A stretch of 64,000 nt of DNA from a virus: the IMG/VR virus record IMGVR_UViG_3300042465_009257, positions 109,359-173,358 of that record; one strand, given 5' to 3'. The position numbers and the translations under genes are program-made. Positions within the stretch are counted from its first letter, which is position 1; each line of letters starts with the position of its first letter. Below are positions 50,980 to 60,020 of this stretch, piece after piece. The notes under the pieces were generated by a model. It was not told the DNA's origin, made no database searches, and was given only the letters and a program-made list of their open reading frames with translations.

Positions 50980-50991
50980 GATTACCCTTTT

Positions 50992-51018
50992 TTACAGACG
51001 AAATTATATTTTACGAAA
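50992..51018 (-). promoter_or_regulatory. late promoter variant TTTCG-N17-TGTAA
   Basis: One mismatch, correct spacing. Confidence 0.55.
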
Positions 51019-51027
51019 TTTTAAATT

Positions 51028-51765
51028 TTATTTCAGCGTATCTAATTTATCGCAAATAAACTTAAGAATTTCGGCCCTCATTATGTCCTCCTTTTGAAAC
51101 TCAAAGGTGTGAATGCCCTTAGCGCGGGAATCTTCTCCTGAAAACAGATGAAAGAATTCCATGAAACCTGACCGTTTTTGATCAATTTGCTTAGGATCGC
51201 CGACAAAGATGAATTTTCCTCCGTTGGCGTATCGGGTAAGGATAGTCTGTAGTTCGAATCTTTCAAATCCTTGAGCTTCATCAATAATCACATAGGATCG
51301 AAACTGCACTCCACGTAAAAAGTTGTTAGAAATTGCTTTAACAACTCCATTCTCCGCTAAAGAATTAACTTGTTTAAAAGGAAGAAGTTCGTCTAGTTTT
51401 TCTTGTAATGGAGCGAAAAAAGGACCGACCTTACTTTCAATATCCCCTGGCAAAAATCCGAGTGAACGAGCGGCAGATTCAACCACGCTACGAATATAAA
51501 CCATATTATCGTATCTCTTTTCCTTAATTAGTTGCAGTGCGCAATATACAGCAACGAGCGTTTTGGAACTTCCAGCAGGACCACTAACAAAAATAGCCTT
51601 AGTCTTCTTATCCAAGATCAACTCAATCAATTGTTTTTGCTTTGGAGTCCATTTAAACTCTCTGATTAGCAACTCGTCGGTATTTAGTTCGACAAACTCG
51701 TTGGTGATGTCTTTCTCGATCCGTTTCTTTTTCGCCGTCGCCTTTACAGGGGGTTTTTTGCTCAT
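51028..51765 (-). CDS. phoH: PhoH-like ATPase
   Basis: GPAGSSKT, LGFLPGD, FLRG, IIDEAQ and GDPKQID motifs. Confidence 0.92.
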   Translation of the reverse strand: MSKKPPVKATAKKKRIEKDITNEFVELNTDELLIREFKWTPKQKQLIELILDKKTKAIFVSGPAGSSKTLVAVYCALQLIKEKRYDNMVYIRSVVESAARSLGFLPGDIESKVGPFFAPLQEKLDELLPFKQVNSLAENGVVKAISNNFLRGVQFRSYVIIDEAQGFERFELQTILTRYANGGKFIFVGDPKQIDQKRSGFMEFFHLFSGEDSRAKGIHTFEFQKEDIMRAEILKFICDKLDTLK

Positions 51766-51793
51766 ATAGGAAAGTTATTGTCCTCATTAAATA

Positions 51794-51820
51794 TTACAAT
51801 CATATTATATTATAAGGAAA
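51794..51820 (-). promoter_or_regulatory. late promoter TTTCC-N17-TGTAA
   Basis: Exact match in the divergent intergenic region. Confidence 0.75.
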
Positions 51821-51841
51821 TTTTAAAAACTTTTTCTTACA

Positions 51842-51870
51842 TTGACTTTTCTCTTTAAAATCCCTCTAAT
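51842..51870 (+). promoter_or_regulatory. sigma70-type early promoter TTGACT-N17-TCTAAT
   Basis: Near consensus; 6 nt before ATG 51877. Confidence 0.6.
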
Positions 51871-51876
51871 GTATAG

Positions 51877-52593
51877 ATGCAAATTCAGACTCATACCGAA
51901 ATTGGACGGCGCGATGAAAACCAAGACCGGATTTATACTTCGCAGAAAGATCACGGATTCTTATTAGCCGTCGCCGATGGACACGGAAAGCATGGGACAA
52001 TGGTCGCAGAACGGGCAATTCGAGCCGTTAAGGCAGGCGGCGCACCTAAGCTAGTCGGCAAATTTGAAACTTGGGTCGCACGGCTTCACCGCAAAGTTGT
52101 CATGCAAACCCGCGCTTTCACCCAAGGAGGATCAACTCTTTCTATTTTTTACCACCTTGACGGCGAATCTCACATTTATCAAGTAGGGGATTCCCCTATC
52201 TTTGTGAAAACAGGCAACACAATTCAGCAATTTCGCGGTCACGGAGTTGATTTTCAAGAAAATGATGAGGATTTATTGCGGGCCGTTGCGGCGGGAGGAC
52301 AAATGAAGATGATTAATGAATCTTTATACTTGACAAGCGGCAAAAGTGCCTTAAGATTGACTCGCGCCTTAGGTAATTCTGGATTTGGGGATGCACTAAG
52401 CTCTGATCCACTGATTAAAAAAATTGAAGGTATCGTAGATTCTGTCTTAGTTGCCAGTGATGGTTTTAATGGAGAAAAAGAAGAAGTATTTAATTTGATG
52501 AAGCGTCAGGAAGACATTTCAAGATTCGTGGAATTACAGAAGAAGCGCGGGATTGGGGATAATATGTCAATTAGTTTAAAATATTTGTTTTAA
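51877..52593 (+). CDS. PP2C-family Ser/Thr protein phosphatase
   Basis: R..NQD, VADGHG, VGDS, TRALG, ASDG and DNMS motifs. Confidence 0.9.
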   Translation: MQIQTHTEIGRRDENQDRIYTSQKDHGFLLAVADGHGKHGTMVAERAIRAVKAGGAPKLVGKFETWVARLHRKVVMQTRAFTQGGSTLSIFYHLDGESHIYQVGDSPIFVKTGNTIQQFRGHGVDFQENDEDLLRAVAAGGQMKMINESLYLTSGKSALRLTRALGNSGFGDALSSDPLIKKIEGIVDSVLVASDGFNGEKEEVFNLMKRQEDISRFVELQKKRGIGDNMSISLKYLF

Positions 52594-52597
52594 AAAA

Positions 52598-52858
52598 ATG
52601 AGCTACTATACAGATTCAGCATGGGTTCATCGAAAAGGAAAATCCACTTGGATGTTCCAGCCAGATCCTATTTATGGAAAACTCGCGCATACTACGCGCA
52701 ATGGCACAACATATCTTATTATGGATGGACTTCAAGAGGGTAAACCATTCTGGATCGGAGAGGTAACGGGCAAAACAATCTTTACGGTAGAGAAGTATCT
52801 TCGTGCCCGCGAAATTGAATTTTCAAATGGGGGAAGATATCTTTTCCCGAAGAAATAA
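52598..52858 (+). CDS. hypothetical protein
   Basis: 86 aa ORF in a tightly packed operon. Confidence 0.6.
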   Translation: MSYYTDSAWVHRKGKSTWMFQPDPIYGKLAHTTRNGTTYLIMDGLQEGKPFWIGEVTGKTIFTVEKYLRAREIEFSNGGRYLFPKK

Positions 52859-52870
52859 ATTATAAATAAA

Positions 52871-53086
52871 ATGAGATTTAAAGATATTGTTGGAAAAACG
52901 ATTATTGGTGCGGCAGAAATGAAAAAGCCGGAATATGATGATCAAGGTTGGCTTAAACTAAGCTTTTCAGATGGAACTGATTGTATTATTTGGGCCGGAT
53001 ATGGTTTTTACACTGGAGAATCGGAAGGTGAATATCCAGCCATTCTCGGAATTGCGAAAAATGTAGAAGATTTAATCGAAGCATGA
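52871..53086 (+). CDS. hypothetical protein
   Basis: 71 aa ORF, ATGA-coupled to the next gene. Confidence 0.6.
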   Translation: MRFKDIVGKTIIGAAEMKKPEYDDQGWLKLSFSDGTDCIIWAGYGFYTGESEGEYPAILGIAKNVEDLIEA

Positions 53087-53364
53087 AACCAATTCATAAA
53101 TTAGAAGTTCACCTCCAAAACCTTGGAGATATTTGTATTCCTGAACTCGGCGACCCTTGGATTCTGGTAGATGATGACGATAATGATCTTGCGGAAGCAG
53201 ATACTTTAGAAAAAGCTGCGGCCATGCTTCCAGGGGATAATACAGAAGACCTTTCAGAAATTGAACGGCTCAATTCTGTTATTAATGCTCAGCGGCGGCT
53301 TTTGATCCAGTGGACAGAAGCATACCAAGAGCTTTTAGAACAAACTCAGTTCATTATAAAATGA
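53083..53364 (+). CDS. hypothetical protein
   Basis: 93 aa coupled ORF. Confidence 0.6.
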   Translation: MKPIHKLEVHLQNLGDICIPELGDPWILVDDDDNDLAEADTLEKAAAMLPGDNTEDLSEIERLNSVINAQRRLLIQWTEAYQELLEQTQFIIK

Positions 53365-53675
53365 GGCCGGAACTCAAAGATTTTCACAAATCTATTTCCG
53401 ATTCGCGCAAACAGGCAGAAAACGAACTCCATTGTCTACAAGTCATTGAGAGCTTAATTAAAGATTCAGATGGAAAACAATGGGTTAAGGTTTCGGCGGA
53501 TTTAAAAATGGGCTTGGCAATAGCGCGATTTCCTAAAGAGGGCGGGGATGATAAAGATTTGTTTTTCGCGGTGGAAAACACAATGACTTGGGGCCTGCGG
53601 GAATATCCAACCAGCAACTCAGAAGATTCTATTTTTGACTTTTTTCCTCTTGACGAACTAGAAGTTTTGGTGTAA
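53361..53675 (+). CDS. hypothetical protein
   Basis: Likely ATG at 53361 overlapping the upstream TGA. Confidence 0.6.
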   Translation: MRPELKDFHKSISDSRKQAENELHCLQVIESLIKDSDGKQWVKVSADLKMGLAIARFPKEGGDDKDLFFAVENTMTWGLREYPTSNSEDSIFDFFPLDELEVLV

Positions 53676-53690
53676 TTAATTAAATCTACT

Positions 53691-53897
53691 ATGACTATCA
53701 CATTAAACATGCAAAATAAACTTTCCAATCAAGATTGGGAGTTGCTCTTTTTTGATAATGAATTTCGCCATTCAGTTTGGTATAATTCTTTGGAAGAGGC
53801 GGCAACTGAAGGACGCAATTGGCTAGAATCAAGTTCGGGTGACGTTCAGCCGGGAATTGAAATCTGGAAAGAGAATGAATTAATTCACAAAGAGTAA
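53691..53897 (+). CDS. hypothetical protein
   Basis: 68 aa ORF. Confidence 0.55.
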   Translation: MTITLNMQNKLSNQDWELLFFDNEFRHSVWYNSLEEAATEGRNWLESSSGDVQPGIEIWKENELIHKE

Positions 53898-53902
53898 ATT
53901 TC

Positions 53903-54100
53903 ATGAAAGAGGAAGCATCTTTTGAACGTTTATCTATTCACTTGGTAGATTGTTTACCTTGTCCTTTTTGCGGGTCAAAACGAATTATTAAAGGCGAACG
54001 ATGGTTTGGAATGTGCGTTGATTGCGGCGCGACCGGGCCGGAAAGAACAGGTAAATCAAACGAGAATAAAGTAAAACTTGATTGGAATACTAGAAAATAA
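53903..54100 (+). CDS. Lar-family (restriction alleviation-like) zinc-finger protein
   Basis: LPCPFCG...CVDCGATGP...WNTR signature. Confidence 0.75.
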   Translation: MKEEASFERLSIHLVDCLPCPFCGSKRIIKGERWFGMCVDCGATGPERTGKSNENKVKLDWNTRK

Positions 54101-54101
54101 A

Positions 54102-54317
54102 ATGAGCGTAAAAATCTGCACTGATTGCAAATACTGTGTTGAGAACACCGACTACCAGAATCTATCTCAATGTTCGCGGCCTTGGGTTTGTTTAATTTCG
54201 GGGAGAAAGGTCTGGAGCGGCGGGGAAGAAACAATTCCTTGTTGGCAAGCCAGAAAACAATTTTGCGGGACGACGGGATTGGGCTGGGAAAAGAAGGAGA
54301 TGGAACCCGTACTTTAA
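54102..54317 (+). CDS. small Cys-rich protein
   Basis: CTDCKYC...C...C...CG pattern. Confidence 0.6.
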   Translation: MSVKICTDCKYCVENTDYQNLSQCSRPWVCLISGRKVWSGGEETIPCWQARKQFCGTTGLGWEKKEMEPVL

Positions 54318-54345
54318 AGTTGAGAGTATAAAAAAGTTAATTAAT

Positions 54346-54660
54346 ATGGCAGTTAAAAAGAAAGCCCCTATGGCCCCTGAGTTTGGCCAAAAATGGATTA
54401 ATAAAAAAGGTGAGAAGTTTCAAGTCATTGCCGTAGCTAATAACCCGCCGACTCCTAAATATCCTTTGTGTGTCGTTTGCCAAGGAGACAATAAAAATTA
54501 TTGGTCTATTCCTATGGCTGATTGGCACGCCTCTTTTAAATTTGAAGCCCCTAAAGAAATGACCTTTGAGGAATACAAGACTTTGGGCGCGGATAGAGAA
54601 ATTATTCCTGAATTTGAATTAAAAATAATGGAAGAGAGGGTTATCTGGAGGAATAATTAA
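54346..54660 (+). CDS. hypothetical protein (DUF1653-like small beta domain)
   Basis: W..KKG..FQVIAVAN...VV.QG....WS.P..W pattern. Confidence 0.5.
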   Translation: MAVKKKAPMAPEFGQKWINKKGEKFQVIAVANNPPTPKYPLCVVCQGDNKNYWSIPMADWHASFKFEAPKEMTFEEYKTLGADREIIPEFELKIMEERVIWRNN

Positions 54661-54664
54661 AGAT

Positions 54665-55099
54665 ATGGAGATTAAGGAAAAATTAAAATCATTTTTTAAA
54701 AAAATTTTCCACATTCCGCAAAATATGGAAGAGAGTAAAGGGAGAGATGAATCTATTATTTTTGAGAATATCCGGCGACTTCGGCAATATGGCCATACAC
54801 CCGCCCCATTTCTAATTAATAATGAATTAGATTTTTTTACCGAGTTTGAATATGAATCGGAGAGTCTTCGCGGAAATCAAATCAGATATATTAAAGAAAA
54901 AATAGAAATTTTAGCCCCGACGCAAGCTTTACAATCATTTATGGCATTTGGGATAGTAACCAACGCGGAAAAGCTTGAGGAATTAGTTGAGGGATTGATT
55001 TCTCTCAATGATATGGCGTGGAAGAAGGTCGATTGGCGGGAATTAATGCGGGCCGTGGGGCGAATTGAAATTTACCCAAATACTGTTTTTGTAGATTAA
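54665..55099 (+). CDS. hypothetical protein
   Basis: 144 aa ORF. Confidence 0.55.
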   Translation: MEIKEKLKSFFKKIFHIPQNMEESKGRDESIIFENIRRLRQYGHTPAPFLINNELDFFTEFEYESESLRGNQIRYIKEKIEILAPTQALQSFMAFGIVTNAEKLEELVEGLISLNDMAWKKVDWRELMRAVGRIEIYPNTVFVD

Positions 55100-55102
55100 A
55101 AA

Positions 55103-55735
55103 ATGAGAAATGTAAACTGCCCTAAAACAAGAATCTTCGTGCGCTGCGATACGTTCGGCGGTTCCATTAATGAATATGAACCCGCTTGGCTTGTCTCTGC
55201 GCGGGCAATGCGCAACCGCCCCCTAATCTTTCAGGTTTGGGTGGAGAAATATGCCGCATGTTTTGATAAAGTGCCGCCGCATTGTTTGTTTTGGCGTATG
55301 CCTAGCAGACAAGAACAGGCGCTACCGTTGCATAAAATCCAGATGTGGGAATGCTTATCAGGATCAATTGAGGTTTGGCGCAAAGATCAACTTACTGATG
55401 TGCCGGTGCTAGTTAATCTTGGAAAAGAAATGCCGCCGATTAAGGGCCACTATTGGTTTACAATTGATTTTATGCCGGAGGGGCAAGGCGGCGGATTACT
55501 TGATATTGGCGATGTAGAACTTCTCGAAGAGCATAAAGAAGGAAATATTATTAAACTCGAAAACGGGCAAATCGCAATTTATCCAAATAATAGAATTAAG
55601 TGGCTTCCAGTTTCGCTTACTGGCAAAGCTGCGGCGGCGGCAATTCCAGATTGGGATGTCGCGACGAATGCAAAATGGGATGAGTGGTGGTCATATTCAG
55701 ATGAAGTTCTTGGAGATGAGAAATGGGCTTATTAA
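55103..55735 (+). CDS. conserved phage hypothetical protein
   Basis: 210 aa; YWFTID...EHK....IKLENGQIAIYPNNRI motif. Confidence 0.65.
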   Translation: MRNVNCPKTRIFVRCDTFGGSINEYEPAWLVSARAMRNRPLIFQVWVEKYAACFDKVPPHCLFWRMPSRQEQALPLHKIQMWECLSGSIEVWRKDQLTDVPVLVNLGKEMPPIKGHYWFTIDFMPEGQGGGLLDIGDVELLEEHKEGNIIKLENGQIAIYPNNRIKWLPVSLTGKAAAAAIPDWDVATNAKWDEWWSYSDEVLGDEKWAY

Positions 55736-55771
55736 AATGAAGGATTAGCGGGATTATTATGAAATTTCACC

Positions 55772-55800
55772 TTGACAAAGATCTTTTCGTGTGCTAAACT
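55772..55800 (+). promoter_or_regulatory. sigma70-type promoter TTGACA-N17-TAAACT with extended -10 TG
   Basis: Consensus -35; 5 nt before ATG 55806. Confidence 0.75.
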
Positions 55801-55805
55801 GCGGC

Positions 55806-56198
55806 ATGGAAGAAACAATAGACATCATTGAACGAATGGAATCCGGCAATTACGAATACGATCAAATGGAAGCTTTCGAGGCTTGGGTAAAGCGCCACCA
55901 CGGGGATAAAAAAGAAAAAGAGATTAATAATATCAAAGCCCAAATGGCGGATTATGAGAGCGGCCCGAAATACCTCCATGACTATGTAAGCGGCGAGGCG
56001 GCTTTAAGAAATCGTATTTTGCGGCTTGGCGAGGAAACTAAGCAGGGAACAGAAGGCGGGGTAGATAAGGTTCAGGCTTATTGCAAGGCGATACAGGAAG
56101 CGGCGATGGTTATTAAGAAGCAGGCAGATTGGGAGATTGAGCCGTTTGACTTGGGAGTCGCGATGAGGTTTCGATTCATCCTTCACTGGAATGATTAA
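55806..56198 (+). CDS. hypothetical protein
   Basis: Likely ATG at 55806. Confidence 0.6.
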   Translation: MEETIDIIERMESGNYEYDQMEAFEAWVKRHHGDKKEKEINNIKAQMADYESGPKYLHDYVSGEAALRNRILRLGEETKQGTEGGVDKVQAYCKAIQEAAMVIKKQADWEIEPFDLGVAMRFRFILHWND

Positions 56199-56580
56199 AA
56201 TTAGTAATTCACTTATGACAAAAGAAAACGCACATCTATATCTGCCGCTGATGCAAGCCCTCGCCGAGGGAAAGACGATTGAGTATGGCTCAGGATCAAT
56301 TTGGGGGCAAGTAAACGAACCAAAATTTATTTACCCTCCTCAGTATTACCGCATCAAGCCCGAACCAGTAATGGTGCCGCTGGGGCCGGAGGATGTGCCG
56401 CCGGGGAGCGTGATTCGCATGGATCACTGGGCTGATCACACATGGAAGTTGGTATCAAGTATCGACGAAAATCAGATTAATTTTGGGCAAAATAGCTGGT
56501 CCACCTACGAAGCACTTCAGAAATGTTTTGAAATTAAACGACCCGGCGAGGATTGGAAGCCTTGCCACAAACCTGCTTGA
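56191..56580 (+). CDS. hypothetical phage protein
   Basis: LPLMQALAEGKTIE...YRIKPEP motif common in small phage proteins. Confidence 0.65.
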   Translation: MIKISNSLMTKENAHLYLPLMQALAEGKTIEYGSGSIWGQVNEPKFIYPPQYYRIKPEPVMVPLGPEDVPPGSVIRMDHWADHTWKLVSSIDENQINFGQNSWSTYEALQKCFEIKRPGEDWKPCHKPA

Positions 56581-56588
56581 ACTAAATC

Positions 56589-56798
56589 ATGATCCCAATC
56601 GACAAATTAGAAGAGACGCCATCCCCACTTATCACTCAATTTGAACTGCTGGTGCTGCTCGACGGACTGCACGGATCGATGCGATTTGCGGACGGCGGGA
56701 ACGTCTGGAAGTGGTCCATCGAACAACGGAAGGATGTCTTGGAATCCATCTACGGGCGGCTGGCCAATATGCCTATCGACACCCCAACCAAGTCATGA
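56589..56798 (+). CDS. hypothetical protein
   Basis: 69 aa ORF, ATGA-coupled. Confidence 0.55.
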   Translation: MIPIDKLEETPSPLITQFELLVLLDGLHGSMRFADGGNVWKWSIEQRKDVLESIYGRLANMPIDTPTKS

Positions 56799-56965
56799 GC
56801 GACACAAATTGGACAACTTGGTGTGATAACTGCCTCAACCGCCGCCCATGCCGCGCCATGACATCCGGCATCGTTATCAACTGCATCGAGATGGAAATTC
56901 ATCTTTGCCAATGGTGCCGGGGACAACGCACCCGCCGAGCCAAAGCCGTAACCACAAAACCATGA
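56795..56965 (+). CDS. small zinc-finger protein
   Basis: MSDT start; CDNC...CQWC. Confidence 0.55.
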   Translation: MSDTNWTTWCDNCLNRRPCRAMTSGIVINCIEMEIHLCQWCRGQRTRRAKAVTTKP

Positions 56966-57426
56966 GCACCCCAGAAACAGACAGCCCGCCGCGACTTGTT
57001 CGTCCATATTTCCTTCTTGCTGGCGTGACCGAAGTCCCTCTGTCGCACTACCAGGGCATGAAAGTGGGACTGCCGCCAATCTGCATTTGCTGCCGCCGCG
57101 CTACCGATGGACCAGCGAGCGGATGTGCCGAGGCCCTCTGTTTTGAATGCTACGAACTTGTCAGAACGCGGGGATCAAGTCTTAGGACGAACAACGAACA
57201 ACGAACCAACAAAGCCATGAACGACACCATCTACGAAACCCTCGAATCAGCAAAACAGGCTTGTAAAAAATACATCGAAGCGGAGCAAGCCCTTGAAGAC
57301 CAGTTTGGCATAACCGAAGAGATTACCGATTCCTGCGTCAGGTCAATCTTCATTGGCCAATATTGGGACGAGACGGGCCGACTTAAGAGCTTCGGATTCA
57401 CTAACTGGGATTTAACAAAACCATGA
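56962..57426 (+). CDS. hypothetical protein, probably two in-frame units (second ATG at 57217)
   Basis: Starts MSTPETDSPPRLVR; Cys-rich first half bounded by inverted repeats. Confidence 0.5.
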   Translation: MSTPETDSPPRLVRPYFLLAGVTEVPLSHYQGMKVGLPPICICCRRATDGPASGCAEALCFECYELVRTRGSSLRTNNEQRTNKAMNDTIYETLESAKQACKKYIEAEQALEDQFGITEEITDSCVRSIFIGQYWDETGRLKSFGFTNWDLTKP

Positions 57427-57668
57427 GCGACACCGAAAACGACAGCCCGCCGCGCCTTGTGCGACTTCTTTTTGGAAGCAAGTTTGAGTGGGACTTTGCG
57501 CCATTTGGGGATTTCTTTATGATGACTGTATCGCCAGTTACCGCGCCAAATATCATCCGCCGCATGATGCAAAGGATCATCATGGGATCAAGGTATCGGC
57601 TGATCGAGGATCGCCCACTTACGGCAATCCTCATTTCTCCACCAAACAACGAAACAACAAAACCATGA
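57423..57668 (+). CDS. hypothetical protein
   Basis: Starts MSDTENDSPPRLVR, the same leader as the previous gene. Confidence 0.55.
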   Translation: MSDTENDSPPRLVRLLFGSKFEWDFAPFGDFFMMTVSPVTAPNIIRRMMQRIIMGSRYRLIEDRPLTAILISPPNNETTKP

Positions 57669-57976
57669 GCGACACCCCAAAAATAAATAAAGACGCGCCT
57701 TGTTCATCCTCTTCCGAACTACCAACAAACACCGATATGCAAAAACGATTCTTTGATATGACCAACGACGAAATCGAAAAGAAGGTCCGGCTCACGCCAG
57801 ACGAGAAAACCGCCGTGGATAACTTCCTCGCTGCCGCCAAAGCTCTCCCGAAAAGCATCTGCATCGAAGTGGATGACAACTGGGATGGGGAAGGCCACCT
57901 GCGAGTCAGTAAGCGGATCACCAGCGGGTCATGCCGCCAGGTGGCGAGCCTCCGCAAGAAGTCTCTGAATTTCTGA
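57665..57976 (+). CDS. hypothetical protein
   Basis: MSDTP start, ATGA-coupled. Confidence 0.55.
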   Translation: MSDTPKINKDAPCSSSSELPTNTDMQKRFFDMTNDEIEKKVRLTPDEKTAVDNFLAAAKALPKSICIEVDDNWDGEGHLRVSKRITSGSCRQVASLRKKSLNF

Positions 57977-58023
57977 TGAACGGCGTGCTACCCAAACCCT
58001 GATTAAAATATCCAACCAAAACC

Positions 58024-58281
58024 ATGAGCACCATAGAAACAGATAACACCATGAAGCTTAACGAAGAAAGATTTGCCACCAATCTCGCCGCCAGCACAAA
58101 GACCCACGACGAATGGCTATCAGTCGTCAAATTCGGGCTTCAAACTCTGCTGGAAAACCAAGGAACGCTTGCGGAAATAATCGCAGTTGAAGCTGCCCGC
58201 GAGGCCATGAAAAACGACTATCCGCCGCACTTTGAGATGCACCGCATGATGCGCGAACTTGGGTTGCGATTTATTGGATGA
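58024..58281 (+). CDS. hypothetical protein
   Basis: 85 aa ORF after an AAAACC-ATG context. Confidence 0.55.
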   Translation: MSTIETDNTMKLNEERFATNLAASTKTHDEWLSVVKFGLQTLLENQGTLAEIIAVEAAREAMKNDYPPHFEMHRMMRELGLRFIG

Positions 58282-58303
58282 ACAACGTAATACCCAAACA
58301 ACC

Positions 58304-58777
58304 ATGAGCGACACCCCAAGAACAGACGAACAAATCAACGGCAAGCCCTGCACGCGCTTTGCTCTCATGGCGGGCGACTCTCTGCGGGACGCAACAGTCC
58401 AGTCTGAGTTCGCCCGAACGCTTGAGCGCGAGCTTAACGAGGCTCGTGATCGCCAATGGGCGAATAGCATCCACTCATGCCACAACGAGTGCGCCAGACC
58501 GATGTGCGTTCTGAGGCGCGAACGAGACGAGTGGAAGGAAAAAGCAGAACGCCTGCAAGCTGCTTGCAACAAATGGAGTGAGTCCGATATGCTGCTTACT
58601 AACTGCCCAGATTGCCGGAAGTTTCGCGGGCATGGGCACGAATGCAAATCTGAGCCGCCGCAACCGCCCATCAAAAACTGCCGCAAATGCTTTGGAGATG
58701 GGCAGGTAGAAATCCAGAGTGGGCCATACATGAGGGAATGCCCAGAATGCGGGGGTTCCGGCAAACAAAAAAAATAA
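58304..58777 (+). CDS. MSDTPRTD-type protein with coiled coil and C-terminal CxxCxGxG zinc finger
   Basis: FARTLERELNEA; CRKCFGDG...CPECGGSG. Confidence 0.65.
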   Translation: MSDTPRTDEQINGKPCTRFALMAGDSLRDATVQSEFARTLERELNEARDRQWANSIHSCHNECARPMCVLRRERDEWKEKAERLQAACNKWSESDMLLTNCPDCRKFRGHGHECKSEPPQPPIKNCRKCFGDGQVEIQSGPYMRECPECGGSGKQKK

Positions 58778-58780
58778 ATT

Positions 58781-58996
58781 ATGATTCTAATTGAATTCAA
58801 ACCGAAGCCGGACATCACGGCATACGAACTCGCCATGATTATGACTTGGAGGCTCAAGATGCACGGCCTCGCAGCCCTTGAGGCGATGACGGAGGAACTG
58901 AACGAGCACACCATGCGCCATTTCGAGGTTCTCGAACTGCCGCCGCCCAAGAAAACAATCTTCTCCAAGACGCGGGATTGGATTAAAAATCTCTAA
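58781..58996 (+). CDS. hypothetical protein
   Basis: 71 aa; FKPKPDITAYELA motif. Confidence 0.6.
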   Translation: MILIEFKPKPDITAYELAMIMTWRLKMHGLAALEAMTEELNEHTMRHFEVLELPPPKKTIFSKTRDWIKNL

Positions 58997-59048
58997 TATT
59001 TATCCAGCAAAGATTAAGTTTTAATCATAATTTTTAAAAAAGTTTATA

Positions 59049-59540
59049 ATGGCGCTAGGAATAACAAAAAAGAAAATTGAATCACAATTCGTTCGCATTT
59101 CCGTTCCTGAAGTACAATTTGGAATGTGCTTGGCGACCCAGCGGGACGCTTGTAAACCAAATCGCGACAGTCGTCTGTCTACTAAGCATTCTGGATTCGG
59201 AGTTCATTTCGCGGGGGTAATCGGGGAACTTTGTTTTCATCGCGTCTACGGCGGGAAGATTAATCAGTCGATATTGCCGCAAGGAGATCAACACGCCGCC
59301 GATATTGAACTTCCAGACGGTAGATGCGTTGAAGTAAAAACCAGTTTATATACTGGGCCGGATGTTGAGTTAAAGTTTGAAAGTAGAGAGCTTGAAAAAT
59401 GCGAATATTGCTGTCTAGTCCAAGTGACGTTACCTGATTCTGGTTTGGTTTTTCCGATTTGGAATCTGGAGGAGATTAAAAGCAAATTAATTAAAAAAGA
59501 TTATGGATATGGTGACCGTTGGGTTTTCCGGCCAGATTAA
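59049..59540 (+). CDS. PD-(D/E)XK nuclease-like protein
   Basis: GE....., D..ADI and VEVKT motifs. Confidence 0.65.
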   Translation: MALGITKKKIESQFVRISVPEVQFGMCLATQRDACKPNRDSRLSTKHSGFGVHFAGVIGELCFHRVYGGKINQSILPQGDQHAADIELPDGRCVEVKTSLYTGPDVELKFESRELEKCEYCCLVQVTLPDSGLVFPIWNLEEIKSKLIKKDYGYGDRWVFRPD

Positions 59541-59562
59541 TTAGGAATTTTAAAATCAAATT

Positions 59563-59739
59563 ATGAATCCCGAAATTAAAGAGAAATTTCCCGAGTGGGC
59601 CGCGAGATATGAAGAAATGCAGGATCTACTTTTTGGCCTATATTACGCCCGAAACTTTCAAATGGATCATAATGCCGTGGTGGATGGTCTAAATGAGGTT
59701 GATTATTTCCTTCGGCGGGAGGAAAAGAATTACAATTAA
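59563..59739 (+). CDS. hypothetical protein of 58 aa (MNPEIKEKFPEW...), not in the ORF track
   Basis: Open frame that fills the gap in the operon. Confidence 0.5.
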   Translation: MNPEIKEKFPEWAARYEEMQDLLFGLYYARNFQMDHNAVVDGLNEVDYFLRREEKNYN

Positions 59740-59763
59740 TTATGAATAAAAATAAAACAAAAC

Positions 59764-59974
59764 ATGAAAAACAATACATCACAAACTAATGCTATTTTGG
59801 AGTACCTTTCCAAAGGAAAAACTTTAACACCATTGGAAGCTTTAAATAAATTTTGGCTGTTTCCGTCTCGGCGCTCGGATTTATGACCTGAAAAAGCAGG
59901 GTTACGAGTTTAATACGGTTATGGTTAAAATTCCCTCTGGCGCGAGTGTGGCGCAGTATAGCTTAGACAACTAA
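59764..59974 (+). pseudogene. winged helix-turn-helix protein with a +1 frameshift near 59851
   Basis: SQTNAILEYLSKGKTLTPLEALNKF continues as GCFRLGARIYDLKKQGY if one T is removed from TTTT. Confidence 0.75.
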
Positions 59975-60020
59975 TTTTCCGCCCCGAATCGAATTAATTC
60001 TCTGAAAAGCAAATTTCCCC

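Noticed and set aside
58120-58968. 282-aa minus-strand ORF and other antisense ORFs (e.g. 30952-31464, 37860-38390, 62044-62508)
   Set aside because: These are shadows of better-supported genes on the opposite strand and carry no recognisable motifs.
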